Shown: positions 24,392 through 37,380 of the stretch, in pieces
How positions within the stretch are numbered: position 1 is the stretch's first letter
How the letters are laid out: each line of letters begins with the position of its first letter
Source: Mustelus asterias
Taxonomy: Eukaryota
Reading direction: 5' to 3'
Assembly (NCBI RefSeq): GCF_964213995.1
Contig: NC_135804.1
Location: 71,052,001-71,116,000 of the forward strand
Length of the DNA: 64,000 nt
Notes under the pieces: generated by a model
Databases searched by the model: none
What the model saw: only the letters and a program-made list of their open reading frames with translations
Told to the model about the DNA's origin: nothing
Translations under genes and position numbers: made by a program

Positions 24392-24963
24392 ATAGAATCA
24401 TAGAGATTGACAGCATGGAAACAGGCCCTTCGGCCCAACTTGTCCATGCCCGCATTTTGCCCATATCCCTCTATACCCATCTTACCCATGTAACTGTCTA
24501 AACGCTTTTTAAAAGACAAAATTGTACCCGCCTCTACAACTACCTCCTGTTCCAGACACTCACCACCCTTTGTGTGGAAATAATTGCCCCTCTGGACCCT
24601 TTTGTACCTTTCCCCTCTCACCTTAAACATATGTCCTCTAGTTTTAGACTCCCCTAACTTTGGGAAAAGATTTTGACTATCTAGCTGATCTATCCCCTCA
24701 TTATTTTATTGACCTCTATAAGATCACCCCTAAGCCACCGCGCTCCAGAGAAAAAAGTCCCAGTCTATCCAGCTTCTCCTTATAACTTAAACCATCAAGT
24801 CCCGGTAGCACCCTAGTAAATTTTTTCTGCACGGTTTCTAGTTTAATAATATCCTTTCTATAATAGGGTGACCAGAACTGTACACAGTATTCCAAATGTG
24901 GCCTTACCAATGTCTTGTACAACTTCAACAACACATCCCAACTTCTGTATTCAATGTTCTGAC
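24392..24963 (-). mobile_element. CR1 3' fragment (duplicated at about 46010-46580)
   Basis: ORFs 24716-24976 and 24367-24630 give a frameshifted CR1 ORF2 C-terminus. Confidence 0.85.
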
Positions 24964-25482
24964 ATTGAAGACCCATTTACATTGAAGATCCATTCATACT
25001 GAGGATCCATTCACACTGAGCATTCATAGAATCGTAGACTCCCTCACCATATTCCTACATTATTACCCAGCTAATCCCCCTAACCTACTCATTTTTGATG
25101 ATCCAATTACATTGAGAGTCAATTCATTCTGAGGATCCATTCACATTGAGGATTAATTCAGATGCTTTTATTGAATTCGAATTCCACCATCTACCGTTGT
25201 GGGATTTGAAACTGGATCCCAGAACATTAGCTCAGTTTCTGGATCAATAGTTGAGCGAAAATACCACAAGGCTATCGCCTCCCCTGAGGGTTCATTCTCA
25301 CTGACAATCAATTTCACATTGAGAACCCATTCATACCTTGGAATTCCTTATCACTGAGAATCAATTCATACTGCTAATCCATACACACTGCGAATCCATT
25401 CACACTCGAGAATCCATTCACACTGACACTCAATCATACTGAGAATCCATTCACAGACAGTTAATTTGTGTTGGGGAGAAAT

Positions 25483-27452
25483 AGAACATAGAACATAGAT
25501 AGAACATAGAACATTACAGTGCAGAACAGGCCCTTCGGCCCACGATGTTGCACCGACCAGTTAAAAAAAAAAACTGTGACCCTCCAACCTAAACCAATTT
25601 CTTTTCGTCCATGAACCTATCTACGGATCTCTTAAACGCCCCCAAACTAGGCGCATTTACTACTGATGCTGGCAGGGCATTCCAATCCCTCACCACCCTC
25701 TGGGTAAAGAACCTACCCCTGACATCGGTTCTATAACTACCCCCCCTCAATTTAAAGCCATGCCCCCTCGTGCTGGATTTCTCCATCAGAGGAAAAAGGC
25801 TATCACTATCCACCCTATCTAAACCTCTAATCATCTTATATGTTTCAATAAGATCCCCTCTTAGCCGCCGCCTTTCCAGCGAAAACAATCCCAAATCCCT
25901 CAGCCTCTCCTCATAGGATCTCCCCTCCATACCAGGCAACATCCTGGTAAACCTCCTCTGCACCCTCTCCAAAGCCTCCACATCCTTCCTGTAATGTGGG
26001 GACCAGAACTGCACACAGTACTCCAAGTGCGGCCGCACCAGAGTTGTGTACAGTTGCAACATAACGCTACGACTCCTAAATTCAATCCCCCTACCAATAA
26101 ACACCAAGACACCATATGCCTTCTTAACAACCTTATCTACTTGATTCCCAACTTTCAGGGATCTATGCACACATACACCTAGATCCCTCTGCTCCTCCAC
26201 ACTATTCAAAGTCCTCCCGTTAGCCCTATACTCAACACATCTGTTATTCCTACCAAAGTGAATTACCTCACACTTCTCCGCATTAAACTCCATCCGCCAC
26301 CTCTCGGCCCAACTTTGCAACCTGTCTAAGTCTTCCTGCAAACTACGACACCCTTCCTCACTGTCTACCACACCACCGACTTTGGTGTCATCAGCAAATT
26401 TGCTAATCCACCCAACTATACCCTCATCCAGATCATTAATAAATATTACAAACAGCAGTGGCCCCAAAACAGATCCCTGAGGTACACCACTTGTAACCGC
26501 ACTCCATGATGAATATTTACTATCAACCACCACCCTCTGTTTCCTATCCGCTAGCCAATTCCTGATCCAATTTCCTAGATCACCCCCAATCCCATACATC
26601 TGCATTTTCTGCAGAAGCCTACCATGGTGAACCTTATCAAACGCCTTACTAAAATCCATATATACCACGTCCACTGCCTTGCCCCCATCCACCTCCTTGG
26701 TCACTTTCTCAAAAAACTCAATAAGGTTAGTAAGGCACGACCTACCTGCCACAAAACCATGCTGACTATCACCTATCAATTCATTACTCTCCAAATAACT
26801 ATAAATCCTATCCCTTATAATTTTTTCCAACATCTTGCCGACAACAGAAGTGAGACTCACCGGTCTATAATTCCCGGGGAAGTCTCTGTTCCCCTTCTTA
26901 AACAATGGGACAACATTCGCTAACCTCCAATCTTCTGGTACTATACCAGAGGCCAACGACGACCTGAAGATCAGAGCCAGAGGCTCTGCAATCACTTCTC
27001 TTGCCTCCCAGAGAATCCTTGGATAAATCCCATCCGGACCAGGGGATTTATCTATTTTCAGACCCTCCAGAATATCCTGCACATCCTCCTTATCAACTGT
27101 AATACTGTCTATTCTACTCCCTTGCAACCCAGTGTCCTCCTCAGCTATATTCATGTCCCCTTGCGTGAACACCGAAGAGAAATATTGGTTCAATGCTTCA
27201 CCAATCTCCTCCGGTTCCACACATAACTTCCCTCTGCCATCTATAACTGGCCCTAAACTTGCCCTAACCAACCTTCTGTTCTTGACATACCTATAGAACG
27301 CCTTAGGATTCTCTTTAACCCTATCCGCCAAAGTCTTCTCATGTCCCCTTTTAGCCCTTCTAAGCTCGCTCTTCAACTCCCTCTTAGCCAATCTAAAGCT
27401 TTCTAGTGCACTACCCGAGTGCTCACGTCTCATCCGAACATAAGCCTCCTTT
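25483..27452 (-). mobile_element. young 5'-truncated CR1 LINE, present only in unit A
   Basis: Open RT frame within ORF 25589-27586 (FADDTK); (CATAGAA)n tail at 25483-25512; empty site at about 47097. Confidence 0.95.
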
Positions 27453-28430
27453 GTGGGGGTGGCGGGGCGGGGGGGGGGGGTGGCGGGGGGGTGGGAGATC
27501 TGGAAAGTGGGTTTCTGATGAGTGAATGAAGAATGGGTTAAATCCACAGTGATAGACCTGAGAAGGAGACTGAATGAAAAAGACAATGAAAGCGCAACAC
27601 CATTAAAACCATTTCAATTGCAGTGACTGATGCAGTGAAATACTCTCCTTAAATGCGGTGAATCCTCTACTGGGGCACAGGCAGAATGTTGAAGGTTTTT
27701 CAGGACTGGATCCACAAAGCAATTCTCCCAACACTTGTAACATTCCAGTTTTGTGATAAATATTAATGATTCTCGGGGGTAACGAATTCACCTTGTGTAA
27801 AGAGAATGATTACATTCCATTCTCTGATATCTACAATGTGACATTTGTGCGGAGTATAAAGGGTTAACATTATGGGTGTGCTAATCTATGGGCAGATGAT
27901 GGTGTGGCATGATCAGTCACATGTTGGAGAGTTTGGTATCATGCTTTACAACATCGTGCCTACTTTGTAATTTGTTTCAAAGTGGTGCAAACACAGGAGT
28001 GTTAAATGGATATCAGATTATATCTACAGTCTGGTTACTAACCAATTCCCACTCGGAGATTGCAGGATACAAGGAGCAGCTCAGAACTATTGACAATCTT
28101 TTCATTAACATCATTACTGATTTCATTCTCGGCTGTGGCTCATTGGGTCTCACTCTCACCACTCACACAGGTCAGAGCCTCAAAATTCACTCAGAAACCT
28201 GGAGCACAAAACCTCGGTTTACATTTCAATGCCGCACAGAGGGAATGATGCACTGCCTGGGCTGCCCACATTTCATGGGTGATGTTAATCTGAGGCCTGT
28301 TGATCCAGAAGGAATTCTTCCAGTGTAGACAATAAAAATATAACAAAACTTACTCCAACTTATAAATCAAAGAAAAGGTTTTATAAAGAAACATCATGGT
28401 TTTATAAAGAGATATCATGAAGTCCATCAA

Positions 28431-29237
28431 GCAGATGGACTTCAACCCAGATAAATACGTCTTGCCCATTTTGGTAGGTCAAATGGGATGAAGGAATACA
28501 ATACAAAGGGAAAGACTCTTAGTACTGCAGAGGATCAGAAGGACCTTGGGGTCTGGGTCCATAGGACTCTGAAATCGGCCCCGCAGGTGGAGGAGGTGGT
28601 TAAGAAGGCGTATAGTGTGCTGGCCTTAATCAATCGAGGGATTGCGATTAGGAGTCCGGGGATAATGATGCAGCTATATAAGACCCTCGTCAGACCCCGC
28701 TTGGAGTACTGTGCTCAGTTCTGGTCGCCTCACTATAGGAAGGATGTGGAAAAGATTGAAAGGGTGCAGAGGAGATTTACAAGGATGGTGCCTGGATTGA
28801 GTGGCATGTCTTATGAGGATAGGCTGAGGGAGCTTGGTCTTTTCTCCTTGGAGAGACAAAGGATGAGAGGAGACCTAATAGAGGTGTATAAGATGTTGAG
28901 AGGCATAGATCGGGAGGACTCTCAGAGGCTTTTTCCCAGGGTGGAAATGTCTACTATGAGAGGACACAGGTTTAAGGTGCTGGGGGGTAGTTCAGGGGAG
29001 ACGTTAGGGGTAAATTTTTCACACAGAGGGTGGTGGGCGAGTGGAATCGGCTGCCGTCAGTGGTGGTGGAGGCCAACTCAATAGGGTCTTTTAAGAGACT
29101 CCTGGATGAGTACATGGAGCTTAATAGGATGGTGGGTTATAGGTAGGTCTCGAAGGTAGGGATGTGTTCGGCACAACTTGTGGGCCGAAGGGCCTGTTTG
29201 TGCTGTAGTTTTTCTATGTTTCTATGTTCTATGTTTC
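28431..29237 (+). mobile_element. 5'-truncated CR1 LINE, present only in unit A
   Basis: ORF 28488-29084; TTCTATG tail; empty site at about 48114. Confidence 0.92.
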
Positions 29238-30054
29238 TACTCCAAACTTGAGGCCTCACTCTGAGCCATTCCAAGTTCCCCACAATTCCCAACATGTTCT
29301 AATTTATACTGAGTCAGCTGGTCATCACGGCATTCTCTCATTGGTGACATGGTTTACTCAGCCAACTGACCCTTACAGCTTGTTACCATTGGTCACATCA
29401 CAACAGATGCAATGTTATCACGAGTTACATTCTAACAAGGCCGTGTCGGCCCTCTCAAGGTGGGGTAAAATATCACATGGCTTTATTTAGGAGTTGTGGC
29501 TTTTGCTACCAAATAGACCTGTTGGACTTTAATCTGGTGTTGTTAAACTTCTTACTTTATTCAGGATAGCAGGGCAGCTCTCCCTGGTGTCCTGGGAATT
29601 ATACATCTTTCAATCAACATCATCAGAACAGTTTATCTGGCGATAATTACATTGCTGTTTGTGGGATCTTGCTGTGTACAAATTTCCTGCTGCCTTCCCT
29701 ACATTACAACAGTGACAACATGTCAGAAGAGTTTCAGTGACTGTGAAGCATTCTCACATGTCTCGAGATGGTGCAAGACAGTTACGGAAAGACAGTCTTT
29801 ATGCCTTTTCCACACACACTGATATATTTTGATGTTTAAACTCACTGCCTCCTCAGACCTGTGTCCCACAATGTGGAATGGTCCAATCAGAAAGCTCGAT
29901 TTTTCTCACTGGTTATCTCTTTGCCCAGATGGGGAAGTGGTGAGATTATCTGGGGAAAATGAGCTGACAGTCGAAGAATCACCGAACCAGGAAGTTCCAG
30001 GCATTCAGTGCTGCTTAACCCAAGAACTCCCATTCACAGAACAACATGTACTTC

Positions 30055-30175
30055 CCATTTCAGGGAATGCCGAAACGGAGGAACAATCACACTGAGAACT
30101 TTCATTGCTGGCGAATGGGCAAAGTTCCAGGGGGTCTCCCTATTGCAGACTCTGCAGTTTTACACAATATAAACC
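30055..30175 (+). promoter_or_regulatory. putative inducible promoter of chemokine copy 2
   Basis: GAS-like TTCAGGGAA 30059-30067, kB-like GGGGTCTCCC 30131-30140, C/EBP-like TTACACAAT 30160-30168, TATAAA 30168-30173, about 80 bp upstream of the ATG. Confidence 0.55.
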
Positions 30176-30248
30176 ATGAGGTGATAACTGGCTCCTGACA
30201 ACCCACACTCACTCTTCAACACTCAACACTTCCAAGTTGGGCAAGGAC

Positions 30249-31369
30249 ATGATGAAGACAGCACACTGTGTGGCTGCTGCTGTTTTGGGAACACTGCTGA
30301 TCTGCTTGATCCAGGATGTTGCTGCTTCACCGGGTAAGAGAGAGAGACTTCCTTATTGGCAATATTCTCCGAGAATGTCAGAATGAACTGTGACAGACAG
30401 TTTAAAATAGTCTGCTGGCTTCCATTATTTGCTCGTGTTATTTATTAGTTTTCAATGTGTTTATTCCAAATATAGAATCATAGAATCCCTACAGTGCAGT
30501 CGGAGGCCATTCGGCCCATTAAGTCTGCACCGGCAACAATCTCATTTGGCCCGATCCCTGTGACCCCACATATTTACCCCGTTAATTCCTCTAACCTACA
30601 CATCCCAGGACACTAAGGGGCAATTTAGCATGGCCAATGTACCTAACCCGCACATCTTTGGACTATAGGAGAAAACCGGAGCACCCGGAGGAAACCCACG
30701 CAGACACGGGAGAATGTGCAAACTCCACAGATAGGGACCCAAGCTGGGAATCGAACCGAGGCCCCTGGAACTGTAAGGCACAGTGCTAACCACTGTGCTA
30801 CCGTGCCGCCCAAACTATGATCCCAGATGAGAGAAGAAAGATTGAACAGATTGTGTTTTTTTTCTAGAAAAGTGAAAGCTGAGAGGTGACTGTTGAAGGA
30901 GGTTTATAAACACCAGTACAGATCAGTTGGGCCAAATGGTCTGTTTCATTTCTGTTGATGTATTTCTATGGAAACAGCTGAAGGATAATGTTACTATCAG
31001 CGAGAATCTGCTGTGATACCCATCCCATATTTAACTGTGTCTCTTTCTCCATCTCATTGCAGCTGGCACTGTAACAATCGAATGTTGTGAGAATTTTAAA
31101 CCCACTCCTATTGTTCATAAAAGGCTAGTAAGCTACAAGAAAACAATTGGCTGCTCCATTCCCGCCATTGTGTAAGTCTTTCAAGGTGTTTTGACCGCAG
31201 TGTGTTGAAATGAAAGATATGGAGCTGGTGTCTGTAACTCTCTGATAATGACATCTCATTTCATTCTTTCAGATTTACAAACAGACGGAAGATGAGAATT
31301 TGTGCCAAAGCAAATGAGAAATGGGTACAAACCGCAGTCAGATTTCTGGAAAGGGGACTGAAGAAGTGA
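30249..31369 (+). CDS. CC chemokine (CCL19/21-like), copy 2, 96 aa, 3 exons
   Basis: Exons 30249-30333, 31063-31171 (AGTVTIECCENFKPTPIVHKRLVSYKKTIGCSIPAIV) and 31273-31369 (FTNRRKMRICAKANEKWVQTAVRFLERGLKK*); canonical GT-AG, phases 1 and 2. Confidence 0.93.
30474..30811 (-). mobile_element. full-length tRNA-derived HE1-type SINE in chemokine intron 1 (also about 49356-49693)
   Basis: Minus strand starts GGGCGGCACGGTAGCACAGTGGTTAGCACTG (A box), has GGTTCGATTCC (B box) and a CR1-like TTCTATGATTCTA tail; absent from the copy 1 intron. Confidence 0.85.
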
Positions 31370-32669
31370 AGAGAGAAGAAGACATTGAAGGCATAGCACT
31401 TTAAAACCATTTAAAATACAGAGACTGTTGACGTGACGCGATATCCTACTGGCTTACAGACAGATTCAGGATGAGATTGAAATGTTGATTCTGTGATCAT
31501 TTGTAAATTGACAGTTGATGTGATAATTAGCACTAAAAGTTGCCATGGTAACTACATTTTCCCGTGTAAACCACAGTCGCCAAAGGTGACAGAAACAAGA
31601 TGGTGTCACTGTATCAATGTAAGTCCCAGCCAATGAAAGCCCTGAGGTCGGGCAATATTCCATAGACTGCACATTCAACAGTGTGAGGCTGTGTGAGTAT
31701 AAACAATCAGTCTCCCCATTTCAGTGGGGTTTGTCCCTCAGACCCCTGACTGTCTTTGGCCAGAGAAGATGAACAGAATTACAACCACAGCTCTCACAAA
31801 TGGGTCAGCAGTGAGGGGTCAGAGAAAGGAGGGGATGGAGAAACACTGGGAGACAATGGGGAAGTTGGTGGGGAGGCACTAGGGGTCAGGGAGAAACTGG
31901 TGGAGGGGGACATACTGGTGGAGGGGGTAGGGGAGACTGGGGATGGGGGAAACACTGAAGGAGGGGGGAAGGGAGACACTGGGGGAGTAGTTGGGGAAGA
32001 CACTGTTTGTGGGATGGGGAAGACACTGGGGATAATGGGTGAGGGAGACATTAGGATTCTCTGTTTTGATTGCTAATCTCAATGTTTTTATTATTTGATC
32101 CCTTCTCTTCCCTCATTTCTTCACTGATTTCTCAGCTCCTGCTTTTTATAAATTGAAAATGTGATGATGAAATAAAGGAGATTTTTGATTAAGTTTCTCT
32201 TGTTGTCTCGAAGCAGCTTCATTCTTCATTTTTATTCAACAGATGAACAGTGTTGAATTACCTCCCTGTTTTCATCCTCATTTTCCATTCACTCACACTG
32301 TGAGCTGATTAATGATCCTGAGGCTTTAAACAGAATGCGCAAGTATCCACGGCACATTCAGCTGTCATAGGAGCAGAGGAGTAGGAGAAGGTCATTCAGC
32401 CCATCAAAGCATGGAATGGAGACTATGCCAAAGTCGCAGAAACAGGGTGTTCTCGGGAATTTTCACATGGGATTCAGAGGGGATATCAGCCTCTAGTGGT
32501 TGTTGAGTTGTTTTCTTTTATCCACAAACTAGGTATATGTAACTTTCCATTACTTTATCAGTGTAATTTATTAACTAATTAAATAAATAAACTTGGGCAG
32601 AAGTGACAAGGCTGGTGGCATGCAGTGACTGCAGCATGTGGGAATGTGTGGGAAGCACTGTAATTCCCC

Positions 32670-34262
32670 AAAGGGATGAACTGAGAGAGATCAATATTAG
32701 TAGAGAAATAATGCTGGGACAATTGATGGGATTGAAGGTAGATAAATCCCCAGAGTACTTAAGGAAGTGGTTCTAGAAATATTTGATGCCTTGGTGGTCA
32801 TCTTCCAGGATTCTATGGACTCTGGAAGAGTCCCTGCAGATTGGAGGGTAACTGATTTAACTCCAATTTTCAAAAAGGGAGGTAGAGAGAAAACAGGGAA
32901 TTATAGACCAGTAAGCCACACATTGGTAGTGGAGAAAATTCTCAAATCCATTATCAAGGACGTTATAGCGGAGCATTTAGAAAGCAGTGGCAGGATCAGA
33001 CAGAGTCAGCACAGATTTATGAAAGGGAAATCATGCTTGACAAATCTGCTGGAATTCTTTGAAGATGTAACTCGTAGAGTTGACAAGGGGAGCCAGTCGA
33101 TTTGGACTTTCAGAGAGCGTTTGACAAAGTCCTCCACAAGAGATTATTATGCAAGGTTAAAGCGCATGGCACTGGGGGAAATGTATTAAGATGGATAGAA
33201 AACTGGTTGGCAGAGAGGAAACAAAGAGTAGGAATTAATGGGTGCTTTTCAAATTGGCAGGCAGTAACTAGTGGTGTGCTGCAGGGATCAGTGCTGGGAC
33301 CCTAGTTATTCACAATATATATTAATGATTTGGATGAGGGAACAAAATGTAACATTTCAAAGTTTGCAGATGATACCAAGTTGGGTGGGAGCATGAACTG
33401 TGACAAAAATACAGAGATCCTTCAGCATGATCTGGCCAGGTTGGGTGAGTGGGCAAATTAATGGCAGATGCGGTATAATTTTTAATAAATGTGGGGTTAT
33501 TCACTTTGGAAGCAAAAACAAGAAGGCAGACAACTACCTGAATGGCTGTAAATTGGGAGAGGGGAGTGTGCAGCAGAACGTGGGTGTCCTTGTGCACCAG
33601 TCACTGAAGGTAAGCATGCAGGTGCAGCAGGTGGTAAAGAAGGCAAATGGTATGTTGACCTTTTGTGAGAGGTTTTGAGTACAGAAGCAGGGATGTGTTG
33701 TTGCAATTATACAGGGCCTTGGTGAGGCCATACCTACAATATTGTGTGCAGTTTTGGTCTCCTTTTCTGAGGAAGGATGTTTTTGCTCTCGAGGGAGTGC
33801 AGCGAAGGTTTACCAGGCTGACTCCGGGGATGGCAGGTCTGATGTATGAGGAGAGATTGACTGGGTTAGGATTGTATTTGCTGGAGTTCAGACAAATGAG
33901 GGGGATCTCATAGAGACTTATAAAATTCTAACAGGACAGACAGGGTAGATTCAGGGAGGATATTCCCGATGGTTGCGGAGTCCAGAACCAGGATTTGAGG
34001 TAGATCATTTAGGATGGAGATGAGGAGACATTTCTTCACCCAAAAAGTAGTGAGCCTGTGGAATTCATTACCACAGGAAGTAGTTGGTGCCAAAACATTG
34101 AATGTATTAAAAGGCAGTCAGATATAGCACTTGGGGCGAATGAGATCAAAGGGTATGAGGAGAAAGCAGGATTAGGCTATTGAGTTGGACGATCAGCCAT
34201 GATCGTGATGAATGGTGGAGCAGGCTCGAAGAGCCAAATGGCTTCCTCCTGCTCCTATCTTT
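32670..34262 (+). mobile_element. decayed CR1 LINE ORF2 (duplicated at about 51490-53085)
   Basis: Frameshifted RT fragments in ORFs 32767-33913. Confidence 0.88.
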
Positions 34263-34768
34263 TATCTGCAGAAGTTGTCTTAGGCAACTTCAGCTCCAAG
34301 TTTCTGAGCTGGAGGCTGAGCTGCGGACATTGTGAAGCATCAGAGTGGGGGAGAGTTACCCAGACACTTTGTCCCAGGAGATAGTCACTCCCCTTAGGTT
34401 AGACAGAATATCAGTCAACAGTCTTGACTGCGAGTCAGGACAGTAAAGGAAGCCAGCATGCAGTAAGGGAGGAGCCTCAGTCCCTGGCTTTGTCCAACGA
34501 GTACGAGGTGCTTGTTAGCTGTGTGGATGAGCAGATTGGTCAGGGACCATAGTGAATGACGCCATTCAAGTTGGGATGAGGTGAGTGTGAAGCATCCTAT
34601 GTGTGAATGCTTGTTTAAAGTATGACACCATGATAATGTGGTTTGATCGTGATTAAAACTGTTTTTGTTTTAAAAAAAAGAGGAATATGGTAGTGATGGA
34701 AAGGGTACAGTCAGCGGTATAGGTAGTGTTCTCTAAAGCTGTGAGCGGGAACTCCGAAGTTTGTGTTG

Positions 34769-35105
34769 CCCTCTTTTTAGGTCAAACCAAACCAAGTAAA
34801 CAAACTCAGATTAAATCAGGACAAAGTAAAAGGGGCAGCTCCCCAAAAAGGAGGGGGAACAGCCCGAACAGAAATCAAAGTACAAAGGAAACTTAAAAAC
34901 ATCAAATTAAAATGTGATTATTGGGGTCAATAATGCACCCCAACCCCTGCGGTGCCCAGCGGTCGCGGAAAGCGTCAAGCACGCCCGTGAACACCGCATG
35001 CTCCCTCTCCAGGGACACCTGGTCGCGAACGTAGCCGCGGTAGAGGGGAAGACAGTCAGGATGGACGGCCCCCTCGATCGCCCGCAGCCTGGACCGGTAT
35101 CCCAG
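34769..35105 (-). mobile_element. L1/Tx1-like LINE 3' fragment (duplicated at about 53590-53926)
   Basis: Minus-strand translation ..RGYVRDQVSLEREHAVFTG..AFRDRWAPQGLGCIIDPNNHILI* resembles a Tx1 ORF2 C-terminus, followed by a T-rich 3' UTR. Confidence 0.55.
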
Positions 35106-35339
35106 TGCAGAATTTTGAATCTACTTACCTAACTAATTATTAAGGCCAGTTTACTGCTTTCCTCCCTTCAGGGAATTGTTTCGAGCAACCGATTTATTTT
35201 CCAATTGCAGCCCGACCGTCACAATGTGTAATGACTGACCTTGGAGCAGGCAGCAAACCTGCCAAGAGTATCAAAACCTATACACATTCATACAGAATTC
35301 TCCTGCTGCTGCCTTCTCACTGGGCTGTGCATTTGAAGC

Positions 35340-36540
35340 TCCTTTTTCAAGCTTTGCACATCTTTCCTTGGTCGTCACTAGCTCTTTGACTCTACTGCTA
35401 ATAGGAAATTTTCACAGATCTCCGTGTGCCGTGATGTAGTTCCTAGTAAGCTGAGCAGTTGATTTTTTCTCTGCCTCTCAGCCTCCATGTATTCTACGGA
35501 GCTCTCCCGGCAATTTTCCACTGTCATACTGAAGACTTTTATCAGGTTGTAATCTTTTTCAAGTTGATTTTGGAAGATTTCGGGGTCCTTCACTGCTGCA
35601 ACGTGTGGTATATTGGTTTTGACTGGTTGAAAAAGGTTGCAGAGACATCGATATGTCTCAATCATAACTGTTTACTGAAGGAACAGAACTATTGACAGAT
35701 GTACAAGACTAAATGTAACTCAGTGCAAGCTGTGAGCTTTCTCCGTCGAGGCTCTTTGTCATGTGACTGTCTCTTCCATCATCATGTGGGCGGTACTGTT
35801 TTTCCAGTCCCCCATACTGGGTGGGATTTTCTGTCGCTCCCTGCCGCATGTTTTCCAGTGACTGAATCATTGGCCAGTGCCAGGACCTTCCGGTCTCACT
35901 GCTATCAACGGCGTCTCCCATTGTTTGCACCCTCTGCTGCTGGAATATCCGTGGCAGGGGGGTCGCCACTGGTGGGACTGGAAGTTCCTGCCAGCGGAAG
36001 CAGCCGGGAAATCCTGCCCGTTAACTCTGTCAGCCGTAAACATCCTAACACATCTTCCTCCCTCCAAACTTCCAACACATGGAACAAGAAACATGACTCT
36101 TCTCTTTCCACCATAGAACATTCTGTAACACCTCTGTTAGGCCCCTAACTTTGTACCCTGGAGAAAATACCACACACATCTCACAGCAGTGGAACTGCCC
36201 GTTTATCCCCTTGACTATCAAATCTCAAATTATTCCAGTGTTCCGACATTCTCTGTACAATCCTTTCCAACACGGAGCCAGAGTGAAGACTGTGATCCTT
36301 AGCGATGTTGTCATGCTCACCAGTATTCAATGCTGAATACCAATTTGACCGGCTTGCACACTCCTGGAGGATTGCTGCACTGCTTGCCTCTCTCTACCCT
36401 TATTATTCTGAACTCTCTCCTGCAGATGATGATCGAGGAAGCAGTCTGCCACGTGGACGGGCACTCTTGTTATGAGTCCAGCTGCCCCCTGATCTCAGGT
36501 GCCCTCAGTGTAATTGAGCAACAGGAGACACATCCCACAA
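35340..36540 (-). mobile_element. very old CR1 5' portion (ORF1 esterase and endonuclease remnants) with nested MITE at about 35819-36020; duplicated at about 54160-55360
   Basis: Minus translation IVKGINGQFHC..VVFSPGYKVRGLTEVLQNVL resembles CR1 ORF1; ORF 35378-35665 resembles an APE region; MITE termini GGGTGGGATTTT / GAAATCCTGCCC. Confidence 0.5.
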
Positions 36541-36804
36541 GGCAGCTCCCTCTTGAGAAAGTGACCTGATATGCCCAAATGGAGCAGGAATTGCAAGTTA
36601 CAGATTACAGCTGTCCCACCATTCTAATTCAAAACTTAAAACTTCTTGGCTACAGGGTGATTATTTATATAATTGATGTTCATTTTCTCAATGAGGTACT
36701 GTCATATGTGCAGATATACGCACACACAAACATACACACACATACACACTTACACTCTATGCAAATTGGAAGTATTTTATTGTGTTTCTCTAATTTTTTC
36801 ACAT

Positions 36805-37380
36805 CTTAAAATAAGAGCAAGGAGGTCATGCTGGAATTATATAAAACATTCGTTAGGCATTAACCTGAGTACTGTGTGCAGTTCCGGTCACCTGATTACA
36901 GACAAGATGTCATGGTATTAGCGAGAGTACAGAAGAGATTGGTGAGGATGTTGCCAGGACTGGAAAATTGCGGCTATGAGGAAAGATTGGATAGGCTGGG
37001 GTTGTTCTCCTTGGAACAGAGGAGGTTGAGGGGAGATTTGCCTGAGATGTACAAAATAGTGAGGGGCTTGGATTGAGTGGATGGGAGGAGTCTATTTAAC
37101 CCAGCAGCAAGGTCAGTGACTGGGGCGCACAGATTGAAAGTGATTGGTGAAAATATTAGAAGAAAAACCTTTTCACCCAGAGGGGGTCTGGAACTCACTG
37201 CCTGAAAGGGTATTAGAGGCAGAATCCCTGAACTTATTGAAAAGGTGTATGGGTTGCACCTGAAGCACTGTAACCTGCTGGACCAAACCTGGAAAATGGG
37301 ATGAAGCTGGGTGGCTCGTTTATCGGCCGGTGCAGACACTTTGGGCAGAATGGCTTCTTTCTGTGCCTATGATTCTATGA
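36805..37380 (+). mobile_element. CR1 3' fragment (duplicated at about 55626-56200)
   Basis: ORF 36876-37076 RMLPGLE..YEERLDRLGLFSLEQRRLRGDL; CTATGATTCTATGA tail. Confidence 0.85.

Noticed and set aside
27909-28328. 127-139-aa ORF present upstream of all three chemokine genes
   Set aside because: No recognisable domain, the 3' half runs through SINE-like sequence, C-termini differ, and many differences are non-synonymous; likely a chance ORF in duplicated DNA.
30730-30811. tRNA-like sequence with A and B boxes
   Set aside because: It is the head of an HE1-type SINE, continuous with SINE body and tail, not a tRNA gene.
35378-35665. 95-aa minus ORF conserved in both units (also 54199-54486)
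   Set aside because: Resembles a degraded CR1 endonuclease region downstream of an ORF1 remnant; conservation only reflects the recent duplication.
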